Positions 1-12,829 of a stretch of 64,000 bases of DNA are shown one piece after another. Positions within the stretch are counted from its first letter, which is position 1; each line of letters starts with the position of its first letter. Source of the stretch: Octopus vulgaris (taxonomy: Eukaryota); contig OX597842.1 in NCBI GenBank assembly GCA_951406725.2, forward strand, positions 21,638,001-21,702,000. The letters run 5' to 3'. The translations under genes and the position numbers were made by a program. A model generated the notes under the pieces. The model saw only the letters and a program-made list of their open reading frames with translations. It made no database searches and had not been told where the DNA came from.

Positions 1-590
1 TCGGCCGAGTCTGTAGTAAGTATTGTTCCACCACCTTCCTTTAAACGGGAAGGGAAAACGGTTTTCGTTACGCTGATGGCTATGGCGAAAGAATGTGTGT
101 GGTGGATGCGTTTGAAAGGACTGCAAACAAACACCTTCCTCTCTGGTCAGTCTCTCGTCAACTTTTTCAAGTACCACTTGAAAAGGAGGATGAGAATAGA
201 GAGGAAGGCTTTGTCGAACAAATGTTTTAATAAAAGTGGGTAACAGTGGCAAAAATGGAAAGACGACACTATTTTAAGCATAAATCTGTAACCAAAAGAG
301 ACATCGGGAAGTAAGGCGACTTACTCATGTGTCCTTTTTCGAATTGTCTGAGGTGACCTTGGTCTTTTTTGTAGGTTTTTTCTTTCCAAGGCTACACCTA
401 AACTGTGAACCTTATACATATATATATATATATATATTGCGTTTTTATACACCACACAACCCACAGATCACTATTGATCAAACGTGTTTTTTTTGTGCCC
501 CACCCATCCCACCTCGAAAAGAAAAAAATTGTACATTGTATTTCGTCCATTTTTATTCTGTGTTTAGCCCTGTGTGGCTAAATAAAAAGT
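1..590 (+). mobile_element. 3' end of Tx1-clade LINE (copy 0): ORF2 C-terminus and 3' UTR
   Basis: Near-identical to 15897-16501. The original ORF2 stop is at 289-291, AATAAA at 581-586, then (TATC)n begins directly. Small deletions near 232-258 create a premature stop. Confidence 0.92.
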
Positions 591-708
591 TATCTATCTA
601 TCTATCCATCCAGCTATCTATCTATCTTTCTATCTATCCATCTATATATCAATCTATCTATCTACATATCTATCTATCTGTCTATTTATCTATCTATCTA
701 TCTATCTA

Positions 709-741
<33 letters not shown>

Positions 742-791
742 AACTATCTATCTAGCCATCCATCTATCTATCTATCTATCCATCCATATAT
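591..791. repeat. (TATC)n/(CATC)n compound microsatellite 3' of Tx1 copy 0
   Basis: Tandem TATC with CATC and TA interruptions. Confidence 0.95.
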
Positions 792-884
792 CACTTTATC
801 AATATATCTATCAAGCGCCAGACAGATAAGTAAACACATACACACATATACCAATATATATATATGTATATATTTGTGTGTGTC

Positions 885-915
<31 letters not shown>

Positions 916-970
916 CTATATATACATATATATATATGTGTGTGTGTGTGTGTGTAACACGTTTATACAT

Positions 971-1150
971 GTACTTCTTCCAGTAATTTGACAATGGCCA
1001 TGCTAGTGCCTTTATTCGAACCAATCCAGCCCAGCATTTATTTGTTGAGAGACTAGCACTTATTCTCTCGGTGTCTTTTGCCGAACCACTAAGTTACAGG
1101 GTGTGTAACACCAACATTGCTTATTAGGTGATCTTGTGGGAACACAAATA
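971..1150 (-). mobile_element. Decayed SINE-like relic (also ~16887-17060, 33785-33960, 39822-39998, 49354-49530, 60882-61058)
   Basis: GGCCATGCTAG...CTAGCACTTATTCTCTCGGTGTCTTTTGCCGAACCACTAAGTTAC resembles the reverse strand of an abundant octopus SINE (from memory, not searched). Confidence 0.55.
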
Positions 1151-1392
1151 TATACATAAATCTGTCTATATTTGTGTGTCTGTGCTTGTGCTAGCACTAG
1201 CACTAACCATTTTCCAACACCCAGACCACAAAACATCATCTACACACCCATACACAGTCATCCGCACACCCACACACTACAGACGAACATAGCTACGCAC
1301 GCATAGATCCACACACCATAGTCATTAGCCCCTATCAAAACACACACACACACACTCACTTACACATTCTTACATACACATCCGCACGCACA

Positions 1393-1642
1393 CCATTGTT
1401 TTGGGATCTCCAGTTGTTTATTATCTCCCCGACTCTCTATCTCTCCCGTCAAGCTATGTTTTTCCTAAACAGTTGCCATGCTTGATCCCTAAATTGACAA
1501 GATTTTTAATCACTTTTTGTTCATGTTCTCCTTTCACTTTCTGTTGAGGAGCATAGGCTCGAATGTAAAAGAATTTCTCAATTTCCCGAGCGTTGAATCT
1601 AACACCTGTTTTCGACTTTTATTTTCCCGTAAATTTAATCTA
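1393..1642 (+). mobile_element. Penelope-like terminal-repeat relic with degenerate minimal hammerhead motif (also ~17302, 34203, 40237, 54437, 61302)
   Basis: CTTT-CTGTTGA-G-GAGC-ATAG-GCTC-GAA(A/T)-G-TA-AAAGA resembles the hammerhead layout of PLE terminal repeats. Confidence 0.4.
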
Positions 1643-1650
1643 CCGAAACA

Positions 1651-1707
<57 letters not shown>

Positions 1708-2273
1708 CTCTATATTAAAAGGATGTGTGTTATAATACTATTCCACAACCATAGCAACAATCCAACATGCATGCATCATCAGCTACCCCACGGTTACCAT
1801 CATGGTTTCGAAAGCTGGTCACTACCCTTCAATCCGCGGGATGAGCAGCACTAAAACAAGTGTTGTTTGGGAACAAAGAAATCAAAGAAACCACAAATTT
1901 CAACCACATTTGCCTATGTATAACCGTATCAATAAATAATTCTATAAGTAAATAACAACTCCTAAATACGTAACTAAACAGCGAAATCTTTCAAATCATA
2001 CAAAAATTATAATCTCTACCGTCTTCCGAAGATATGAAAGTAAAACCTTAATGACCACAATAGTGCAATCAGTTAATATATCGGAGGATCAAACACTAAC
2101 TTCCAGTGAGCATACCTCGAGACAGGTGTGATCGGACTGAAAGTTCTCATAGAGTGAGAGAGTCCGGAAAGCGAATAGTATTAAATTTACATCTAATATA
2201 GGATAAAATTTCGTAAAAATGTTATCAATGGCCAGCACATTAAAAAAATGCCTTTAAAGGTTAAATTTACAAA

Positions 2274-2779
2274 CAACTTATAAACAAGGACAAAAGAAAA
2301 TAATCCAATGCCAAATATGCTGAAATAGACTCAATGATAAGCTCACGTCTCGAAAGCAAGCCGATAGTTAATTCGTTTAGAATTTTCTCGTCATCAGCGA
2401 TAAATACGATAAGAGAATTCTCTAAGAGAATTTCAGTCCGTTCACACGTGTCTCGAGGTATGCTGCGGAATTTCTATTTTGGATATATTTGGAGTACTTA
2501 AGTGTGCTCATGACTTAGTGTTTACTTCTTCCATAGGTACAAGTAAGTATCTCATTTATTTTCTTTTCGTATTTATCGCTGATGACGAGAAAATTCTAAA
2601 TGAATTAACTCAGAAATGGGGATCGATCCGATAATAACGAAATTTTTTTTGGAAATTTCTATCAGCTTGCGCATTCGAGACGCGGGCTTATAGTGATAAA
2701 TTATATGGTTATTGACAATTAAGTCTATTTCGGCATTTTTGGCATTGAATTCTTTTTTCTTTTGCCCTTGTTTATAAGT

Positions 2780-2781
<2 letters not shown>
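2274..2781. mobile_element. Foldback/MITE-like element with long TIRs (U1 copy; left arm partly deleted)
   Basis: CAACTTATAAACAAGG... at 2274 is the reverse complement of ...CCTTGTTTATAAGTTG ending at 2781; followed by (TA)n. Confidence 0.8.
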
Positions 2782-2818
<37 letters not shown>

Positions 2819-2884
2819 TAGCTGAAGGTGACCCGCTCTACGCGCGAGTGCGTGTGCGTTTGTTACTTTCTGTTGCTTCCTTTC

Positions 2885-3193
2885 GGCACCTAAAAAGCAC
2901 CATCCGAACGTGGCCGATTGCAGCGCCGCCTTGACTGGCTTCTCTGCCGTTGGCACTTAAAAAGTACCAACCGATCCCTTTCCCCGGCACCTGTGCCGGG
3001 GGCACTAAAAAAGCACCCACTACGCTCACAGAGTGGTTGGCGTTAGGAAGGGCATCCAACTCTAGAAACACTGCCAGATCAGATTGGAGCCTAGTGCAGC
3101 CTCCTGGCTTCCCAGACCCCGGTCAAACTGTCCAACCCGTGCTAGCACGGAAAACGGACGTTAAACCATGATGATGATGATGATGATGATGAT
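2885..3193 (+). mobile_element. 5'-truncated SINE-like retroposon with (GAT)n tail, nested in the Helitron
   Basis: Three internal GGCACnTAAAAAGCACC-like subrepeats, then GAGTGGTTGGCGTTAGGAAGGGCATCC...GGACGTTAAA and a (GAT)n tail. Confidence 0.7.
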
Positions 3194-4001
3194 TCTCCCT
3201 CTTTGTTTCTCTCTCCTTTTCTCTCACTTTCCCACTCTCTTACTCTTCCTTTCTCTCGGTCTCTCCCTCGCTTTCTCTTACTCTCTATCTTTATCTATCT
3301 ATCTCCCATTTATAAACAACAAAAGATCTTGAGTAAGTTGAGAAATAAAATATTTAGAAAGATCAATCATAAATAACAGGCAGTAACAACGGAAAGGTCT
3401 GCTTCAAGGCAGACAGCAAAACACTAACATTTAAAAGGGACAGATGAACTTGCGAGCTGAATAATAATAATAAAATATTGGAAACCAAAGTTTGAAGGGA
3501 TAGAATCTGAGGATAGTAGAGTCACCATGGCTAACATTTCATAACGACGGACAGCAACGGATTGACAAATTATCGGCTGGCGTAAAATTTTGAACTTGAT
3601 GTAAAAGAAAATTGGTAAACACCAATTTTTTAAGTGATTCTTTCTCATGACAGTAGACTCACCATGACAAGCATGCAAAACTTTTTTATCATGGACGGCA
3701 ACACATTGACGATTAAAAGGCAGGCGCAAATGTTTTAGCTTGATGTAACAGAGAATTGCTAATCACCCGCTCCTTTAAATTTTAATCCCCTTCCAGCCCC
3801 ATTTAGACACCTTTTCACATTTTGGTTAATATAACCCGATTTCATTCTGGTCTAATGGGGCCACATTTTATAAGATGAGAAATTTTGTCCTAGATGTCAC
3901 GCCTTTCATTTGAGGAAAAAAATAGTTGTCATGCAAACTTGCCAGCACTTTTAAAATAGGTGTGCATATTTTCAGCTCAACCGACCACATAATGCACACA
4001 T

Positions 4002-4111
<110 letters not shown>

Positions 4112-4866
4112 GGAGTCTCATACGTGAGCGTTGACGCTGAATTCGACTGGTAAGCATGTAACCTTGTCTTTGTTGAAATAGTTGTGAGCTGCTGGAGTTA
4201 TTTCTCTGACGGGTAATAGGAATATCCATGTCTTCCGAGGAAACGAACTGTTGACCCAGACAATTAGAATTAATTTTAATAAGAGCATCAATTTAAGAAG
4301 AAATAATAAAGTAGTAAAAAATGAAAATTTAGCACGAAATATTTGCAGTGTTCTAAATAAATGTTAAAATGTAATGGATACGAAAAACCTATGTTATCAC
4401 CAGAACACGAACGCACGTTGGTGTGTTCGGTGTGTATTTGCTCCATCGGCGCGTTGACAGGCAGACAATAGAATGCGATGGCGAGATTCATAATATTTGT
4501 TGTCATGTGTTGGTTGTGGCGATGATAATTCTCTCTATGAATGCAGACAGATACATAAGTGAAAGGTTATGGGAAGGAGGAAATAGAGTGAGTGAAAAAT
4601 TGCTGGGAAGAGAGGAAATAGCGAGAGTGAGTTGAGTAAGACAGATACATTAAAGAACGGGAGAGGACTTGTCAAAGTGGGTTTTTGGCCCTATCAGCAA
4701 CACCTTTTAAGATAGAGATTTCTAATGTAGCCCACGGGCATCTTCACCTCATTTTACATGTCCCTGTAAATTTTGGAGTCAATCAGACGGGATGTAGTTG
4801 CCTTGAAAGCGATCCAAGTGGTAGAAACGCATTTCAGTTTTATATATAGATTTATATAGAGAGATT

Positions 4867-5127
<261 letters not shown>

Positions 5128-5779
5128 TTTCATGCTTGTGTGTTCATTTTTCCTGCTGACCTTAAGTCATTTTATCGCTACCACTTTATTTATTTATAAA
5201 TAACTTTAGATATTTTCTCCTCCGTTGAAATGCAAATCTCTATATAACACGGAATTCCAACTATAAATTTTGTTGCATTTAAACCGTTCTTTAAATGCAC
5301 TTGGTTTAAACTAATGATAGAGTATTATGATTTCGTTAGTTTTAATATTAACATTGATATTCATGGAATCTACGTCCCATGTAAATTTAAATTGAACTTG
5401 ATTAAAATTTTGAATGTTGCAGCATAAATTCCAATTTCTGTTTGTTTAACAATTAAAAGAGCTATAAAGAATCAATTAGAATTAGGAAGGTAATAACTTT
5501 TCCATACGAAATATATATGAAATATATGTGAATTTATATATAAGTAAATGAAGTGGTAGGGAAACAGATTTAAGCTCAGGAACACAGACACACACACAAA
5601 TATGAATTATATACATATAAATTTATATATATTTCTACACAGATACACTCTCTAGAGGGAATAAAGGGGCTACCCAATACACTGCAAGTGGCGCTGCCAT
5701 CGACGAGATTAACTCTTCTGCGCTTCTCCAACGGTAAACACGAGGATTGTTTTCATTTTTGCATGCTTTAATGACAATG

Positions 5780-7320
5780 TCCGATATATGGGCGAATTAG
5801 CGTAGGTGCAACGTGGGAACGGAAAACAATTTGGTGTTGATGAATCAGGTGAGATGCGTTCTCTTCGATTCTAAGCAGATATTTGCGGCCTTTAGGGAAC
5901 ACTACGAGCATCAGTTTGTGGAGGTTAGTGGTCCATTGACTATGAAGCTCTTAACCGTCGACGTAGACGGCTTGTGGCAACAGTCGAATGAAACTACGTC
6001 GTTCTACGAATGGTGGAAAATTGTTGTGATATTCCAGATGCCGGGTTAGATGTCGCCATGGCTTGAGGATCAGCCTTACACAGTTTAAAATTATTTGCCA
6101 TAAATAGCAGTGAGTGCAATGGCATGTGTATACAACAAAGGGAAGAAGAATGAGATGATTCTTAGCCCTGATAAATGGTGGGGGTCACGGCAATGTTGAG
6201 AAAGAACTCGGAAAAAATGTATTTGATAATAATTTGAGACCCGTAATTAGGCTAAATGCCGAAGATTCCATATAAAAATCATCTAAGCACAACAGGTTAC
6301 TGCTTGCACAGTACATCACAGACAGAATGTGTAACAAATGCGTTTCCAATGAAATTCTAATTTTGTGTTAGTCAAATGCCACCTGTTGGCCCCTGCACTG
6401 AAGGAAGCCGGATCCGGTCCTGTTTCCAGACGCTGGATCGCAGTAACTTACGACAAATTGTGCTTGTTGGAACCATTCAAATGAACTGGAACTAAGAAGA
6501 CCAGGCGAACAGGCTATAAGCAGAGAGGTAGTGTGGTGGAGAAAACAGAACAATTGAAGAGAGAGATAATACGATCAAACTCTCATCGAAGCCTTAAAAT
6601 TCCATTTAAAATTACAGTGAGGGTGGAGTGAGAGAGAAATCTACACCACCCAAGTAAATGTAGTGAAAAGTGGGGGAATACTAAACTGCACCTGTAAGCT
6701 GAGTCATACCGAGGAAGATGGAGTACTTGTAGTCGTAGTCTTGACCTAACTTTCTTTACAACATCTGCCATAATGGCATGGACGATCCTAAAATTACTTG
6801 TGTAGTTTATGACTGGGAGTCACATGAGTTTCAACGTCGTCAGTCAACAATATTGGCCTCAGAAGCAGGTATTCCTCAGTCAGAAGCGGTCACTTACTAT
6901 CCGTCATCTAGAAGACAGTGGAAAACCCGGGGAAGGTGTTTAAATTTAACCGGAGTGACACATAATCTAATTGTGAAAGCAACAAGGATTCTGAAAGGCG
7001 ACTATCTACAGTGGCCATGTGATGTCTCCCAGTAATTTTAAGACCTGGAGTTAAAAATAGAGCATCCGCCATGGATCATTTGGCAGTTCTCCGTACATGA
7101 TATTTCAATATCCTCATTGAAGAGAAGGAAGCGATTTCCTGTGAAAAAGGCTGAGCAACGTAGTCCTGAGTGGAAAATACAATTTAAAGCACTTCATAAG
7201 CAGCCTCAAAGAAAGCTTGGTTCTCTGTGATTAGATGTTGCGTTAGTGAGGCTTTCGGTACGAGGGCAATACATCACGGAATTGGTGTCCGGTGGAGGAT
7301 TTCCTGGCTTCACATGTATG
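5780..7320 (+). pseudogene. Ancient, multiply deleted Tx1-like ORF2 relic
   Basis: Translated pieces align in order to the young ORF2 in this window: NNLRPVIRLNAE vs DNFRPITLLNAD; LLLAQYITDR vs LHLMRYIVDR; LKEAG(F/S)GPVSR(G/R)WIAVTY vs LRAAGFGPVFRGWIAALY; WSAVEDFLASHV (U2 copy) vs WSFVEQLLSRV. Confidence 0.75.
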
Positions 7321-7439
7321 TGATGAAAAACCTGATTTGGGTAGCACCACAACACCTCACTGTGACAAGTGGCAAGAAAGATTTAGTAAGTTACTGAAAA
7401 AGAAAGGTGTGTATGTCTTACTACTTTCATACTCATAGA

Positions 7440-7750
7440 GAGTCTTTGCTTTTCTTTTGTTTGTCATCTAACCTTATGGTTACTCTTATTTTACGAGAGT
7501 GACAGAAGCTTCTGCGCACTCTTACATCCTCACGTGGGACGTATAGTTTATTTATATCTGCCTCTGGGAGATGCATGTAGCGTATTGTGAGAGAATTGTT
7601 TTGTTTTGATTCGGTGATACACATCTCATTCGTGGATCATTTTATGGTATCAAAGCTGCTGCCTAGAGGACCTATATATAAGGTATTCATTGCATCAGTC
7701 TTTTCTTCAAATGGAAAAAGGTTTTTATGGTGGCGGCTCATAAGAATGCG
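7440..7750 (-). pseudogene. Older R4/Dong-like RT thumb fragment
   Basis: KTDAMNTL...IKWSTNEMC...LTIRYMHLPEADINKLYVPRE parallels KIEVISTY...INWSIIEIC...LLTMHRMHHPKANVERFYLPRK of the adjacent element. Confidence 0.55.
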
Positions 7751-7931
7751 GTGTGACGCGAGAAATCATATCAGCACATTCAATAATAGAAGAGACTAGC
7801 CATAACAGTTTTAATATATCGACGGAATTAAATGCAGGAAGATAATGAAAAAAATGCGGTGTTTGGGGATTTCATGAAGGAGATGACCATAATGATGTTC
7901 AAAGGATATGAGTTTGTTTTAAAACTTAAAA

Positions 7932-9381
7932 TTAAATACACAGTATTTTACGTAGGATATGGGCGGTTCCGATTAGCGCTATCTTTTGAGTTGCTGCCAT
8001 TTTGGGGTTTCCTAGTATCTGAGATGGTATGATTCAGGCCTTTTGCTATAATTCCTCGGGCAACTATGACAACAGGCATTGTTTTACTTCCACATTTTGC
8101 TAATTTCTATTTCAAGATCTTTACACTTGCTCAGTTTTGTAGGTTTTGATAGATACTTTTTTTGTCGATTGGGACAGTTTTAAATGAGGAGGCATGGTTT
8201 TTTTCCTGTAGTTTTTATATATAATGCCTGTTCTATTCGCATCTATCTTTCTGTCACTTTGAATGGCAAGGTTCTAGAGGTTAAGATGCGATCATCTTCA
8301 AGAACTGGAGTGTGTTCGTGTCCCCAACCGATTGTATCATGTGGCACGTCTATGTTTTTGCAAATTAACCAGTGAATATAATGTGCTGCTCAATCATGCC
8401 TGTTGAGATATTCTGTATGCACAAAAAGACTGCACATGGAGACAACATGATCAATGGTTTCATTTTGTTGTTTACATACAAGACATGCTGGGTGACTGCT
8501 GTTCTTTAATATGGTAGTTTCTTGTAGGTAGGCCTTGATCTTGAGCTGCTATATTAAATCCGTCTGTGTCTGATTTTAAGCTAGAAGACACTAAACATTG
8601 ATGGGTATTGGCTTTATCCACATCGGTACTATTAGCTCTCTTTGGGTATTTGCCATTGCGCTGTTTTCTTTGACATTTATATGTAAGAATATCTAAGTCA
8701 GATTCTTTGCATGTACTTTCATTCGCATAGCTTTTTTCATCTTGTTTCTAGTACGTCTAACTCTGGGATTTGTTGTATTTGGAATTCACTTAGATATTCC
8801 TTTGCATGTTTTGTTACTTTGTATGACACCTTCTAGTTTCTGTGCTTTGAGATAAGTTTTAACATCCAGTCATGAGAGTTGTTTTGGTAGGTGTCACGGT
8901 CAATCGTTAATTCCATTGTTAATTCCAATTGTAAATGTTACGGCCACCCTCTTTTCTTGGCAGGTAAAATCGTTCTACATTTGCTTTAGGGTGGTGCATT
9001 CTATGCATTGTCAACAATTTTCGTATTTTTTTGTTAAGATTACATATTTCAATAATTGACCAGTTAATGATATTGAAACTGTAAGTCACGACTTGTACAG
9101 CATAGGTACTGATCACTTCGATCTTGTTTCTTGCATTCAGCTCTGTCTTGAATATTGCTTTTACCCTGCGATAATATTCTATTCTGATCCTTTCCCTCAT
9201 CACTGAATATTTGATCATGTCCACTTCAAATACCGATCAGTACATGTATCTCTCCGCTGGTCCTAATTCCTTTATGACATTCTGTGGGATGTTTCTGTCA
9301 TTTTTCCTTTGATAAACGTAGCTTTTGCTCATTTATCGAGGAAAAATTATAACGTGATATCATCACAGAATTGTTTAGTAT
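7932..9381 (-). mobile_element. 5'-truncated R4/Dong-clade non-LTR retrotransposon relic (end of RT, zinc finger, restriction-like endonuclease)
   Basis: KQFCDDI...LDK*AKATFIKGK; LLTMHRMHHPKANVERFYLPRKEGGR; CLVCKQQNETIDHVVSMC zinc finger; C-terminus QKIALIGTAHILRKILCI* (stop 7932-7934). Many stops and frameshifts. Confidence 0.85.
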
Positions 9382-9879
9382 CTCCCGCCCAAGACGAAAC
9401 ATTAAAGGACTATATATTTATCCACACATTTCAGGAATAAATATACATATGACTATATACGCACTTTTCACAATATACCAAACAGTGATGTAGAACACAT
9501 AGACTTATGTAAACGCACATCGTCACACACAAACACGCTCAACTCACACACACTCACATACATATATATAGAGAGATAATGTGAGGTAGAGAAGGGCAAA
9601 AGAAGATTAAGAAAGAAAGATGGAAAGATATTAAATTTGAGGAAATATATACTCAGGAATATAGTATGAACAAGACTGGTTCAACTTACATATATTCTAA
9701 ATTCGGAAGATTTGCAAACGATCCATTTTCAATTTTCTCGATTGCATTATTGGATAGATCTCTGAAAGATAATTCATGAAGAAAAAACATAGAAGTGATT
9801 AGTCATATATTTCAAATATTATGTCCAATGAATTAGCTGCTGAAATAGAAGAAAAATAAGTAGAAGTGAGACAATTTGG

Positions 9880-10210
9880 TGAAGACGATTATGAAAATGA
9901 TAAGTGAAGATTATGAAGATAATAATGAAGATGTATGGCATTGTGTTAAGTGATGATGAAAGCGATTATTATTATGATGAGGGCATTGCCGGTGACGGAT
10001 TTGGTAGTGATGAGGTTGTTTCGGTCTGCTGGCATTGCACCTGTGGTTCCAGATTATGATATGGATGATGATGATGGTGATGATGACGATGATCATAATG
10101 ACGATGACGGTGACGACAACCACGAGGACGCAGACGATGATTATGATGACAATATTTACTGATGGTGTTCTTAATATTTGGAATGATGCTGATGATGAGG
10201 ACGACGCTGA
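9880..10210. repeat. Degenerate (GAT)n low-complexity tract
   Basis: GAT/GAC/GGT triplet runs; present in most units, deleted in U4. Confidence 0.85.
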
Positions 10211-10330
10211 TATACAAAGTTGAAACTATAACAAAAGAGAAGGATGAGAATAGGAATAAAATTAACGACGAGCAGTTATTGATAAATGAGATTAAAAGGG
10301 TAAAGAAGACTAAGCTAGAACTGGATACAT

Positions 10331-10671
<341 letters not shown>

Positions 10672-10867
10672 CGGACGTGCTGTCACTTCGGCTCCGAAGG
10701 TAATCGTTTATTTTGACTATTTATAGCCCATATTTTGTGTACATTTTTGCAAATAAGGTGTGTAAGGCACCCAACTTTCGTTTGAGTGCGTTTCAAGGGA
10801 GGAATTCGGCCCTAGGGGCTGTTTCAACCCCATTTCATTTCTGTAATTTTCTTCTCGACATTAGAAA

Positions 10868-12755
10868 ATGTCGGGAAATTTTAATGTAGAACGCTGGTCG
10901 CGTTCCTTTATGGACCAGCATTTTCCTAGTTTGGAAACGCTAGGAGAAGAAAAAAGAACTCATGCACGCAAAGTGCAAACATGAATATCGTTGGAATGAA
11001 CGCTGCAACCACGTGCGGTAACAGCCCTGTCACCACCACCACCACCACTAACAACAACAACAACGAGACTGCTACTGCTACCACCTCCACCACCACCACC
11101 ACCACCACTACCAACACAACCAACATAAATTATAAAAATGAAACTCACGCGAATACTATTAAGAAAAACAACAACAACAACAACAACAACAATAAGAATG
11201 AACTATCTAATAGTGAAGATGTTAATACAAAAAAATCAACAACACCAGTAAATTTCGCTGACATTCTGCGTCAGAAGAAGGATATTGTAACATTTACAAA
11301 TGAAGAGCTCATAGAAACGAGAGCTCTCTTTACAACCCGTGGGCAAGATTTAGTGCTACATACACCTCAACACATAAAGCAAGAAATAGAAAATAAGACA
11401 ATTATATATAAAATTATAAGAAAAAAAAAATAAATAAATGAGCAGATTACAGATACAGATATAGAAAAATGCTTAAAAAACATAATGAAAGAAAAAGAAT
11501 ATATAAACTGGGGTCCCCAGTTTAACACAGTAGTGGTCCGCTTCCCTAACTAGGAAGTGGCAAAAGCTCACTCTACTGAGTCTCTGGGAATTGATGAAAT
11601 CATCATGGTCCCATACTATAAAAACCAGAGAGTGAGTCGAATCACTATTAAAAATGTACCTCCCGATCTTCCTAACAAATGGATAACAGGGGCAATCTGT
11701 TACCATTTAAAAAATATCAACATTTTGGAAACCGCCGTGTACCTTGGCGACATTTGGAGTGGGAAGACAATAGTGGTGACCATACAGATTGAGGGGGCCC
11801 CTATCGAGAGCCTACCGGATAAGATCCACTTGGAAAATGGGCAATGCCTATATGTTGTAGCAGAAGGCAAAAAACCTAGATGCTACAACTGTGGCAGCCC
11901 CGAACATTTAATTGCCAAGTGCGCTCTGGTACAGAAAAAACAAGAAAGAACAAATCAGAAAACAAATAAAACAAAACCCTTGTTGCCAACACCAACATCA
12001 GCACCAACACACTCAATTATGGAACAATGCCAAGAAAAACAACAAACCAGCAAACAAACCCCAACAACATCACCAAGAAAAGAAACACTACCAACACAAT
12101 CACCGTTGACGTCACAACCAATTCAACATGCTGAACCAACAAAAAATAGACCAACACCAACACCGAGAACGGCAATTAAAAAGACAGAAAACAGTGACGA
12201 GAAGACAAATTCTACCCCTAACACCACAACAACACAAACACCGCACAAAACATCAACAATTTCTACAAGCATACATAGTAATGCAAATGTTTTGCCTTTA
12301 CCTCCTACTGATACGTCGGACGACGAAAGTTCGACGGAATGGCAAATAGCCACAAGGAGTAAAAGGAAAAGATCCAAAAATCCACCAAACAAGGAAGTAA
12401 AGCAGGGAGATATCTAACTCCGGACAACATCCCCCTAGACAATCAAAAAAGCAATGAACCCGTAAAACCACACACACAACTAACTGCAATAGACACAGAC
12501 AATAAAGAATTAATGGACTACATCACATCCAACACGGACATCTGTGAAGATGACTTTAAGACAAACAATCATCCGCACACCACACCACCGAAACACATCA
12601 GAATTTTACACATAACACAAGCACAACACCACATACTGAAAACAATATTTCCGAATGCGGTAGGCGGGTTTCAACGATACCTGTCGAGAAAACTATACAA
12701 ACACCTCATCAAAAACAATACAAAAGAAGAAGAAAAAATGAAACTTTTAAAATGA
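10868..12755 (+). pseudogene. Tx1 ORF1 (gag-like nucleic-acid-binding protein), disrupted
   Basis: ATG at 10868, poly-Thr/Asn N-terminus, CX2CX4HX4C knuckle CYNCGSPEHLIAKC at 11881-11922, Pro/Thr-rich linker, KRKRSK basic patch. Stops at 11431 and 11551; frameshifts. Confidence 0.85.
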
Positions 12756-12829
12756 GTAAGTGACCTCCCCTCTTGCCTCTTGTCTCTTCTAATGTAGTGA
12801 GTAAAACACAATTTTCGTAAATGTCAAGT

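Noticed and set aside
329-829. 166 aa ORF and similar YLSI, HT and CV repeat ORFs throughout
   Set aside because: Translations of (TATC)n, (CA)n and (TG)n microsatellites, which lack stops in some frames
1740-2270. Possible coding remnant left of the MITE (minus ORF MLAIDNIF...)
   Set aside because: No recognisable motif and ORF ends vary between units; left unassigned
2885-3020. Three spaced GGCACnTAAAAAGCACC repeats resembling a CRISPR array
   Set aside because: Only three degenerate copies inside a SINE-like element, in eukaryotic context, with no cas genes
7832-8375. Plus-strand hydrophobic ORFs repeated in each unit
   Set aside because: Antisense of the R4/Dong endonuclease region
9911-10223. 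Asp-, Met- or His-rich ORFs that could suggest an acidic or reflectin-like protein
   Set aside because: Degenerate (GAT)n tract open in several frames; no reflectin motif; frameshifted in U5/U6 and deleted in U4
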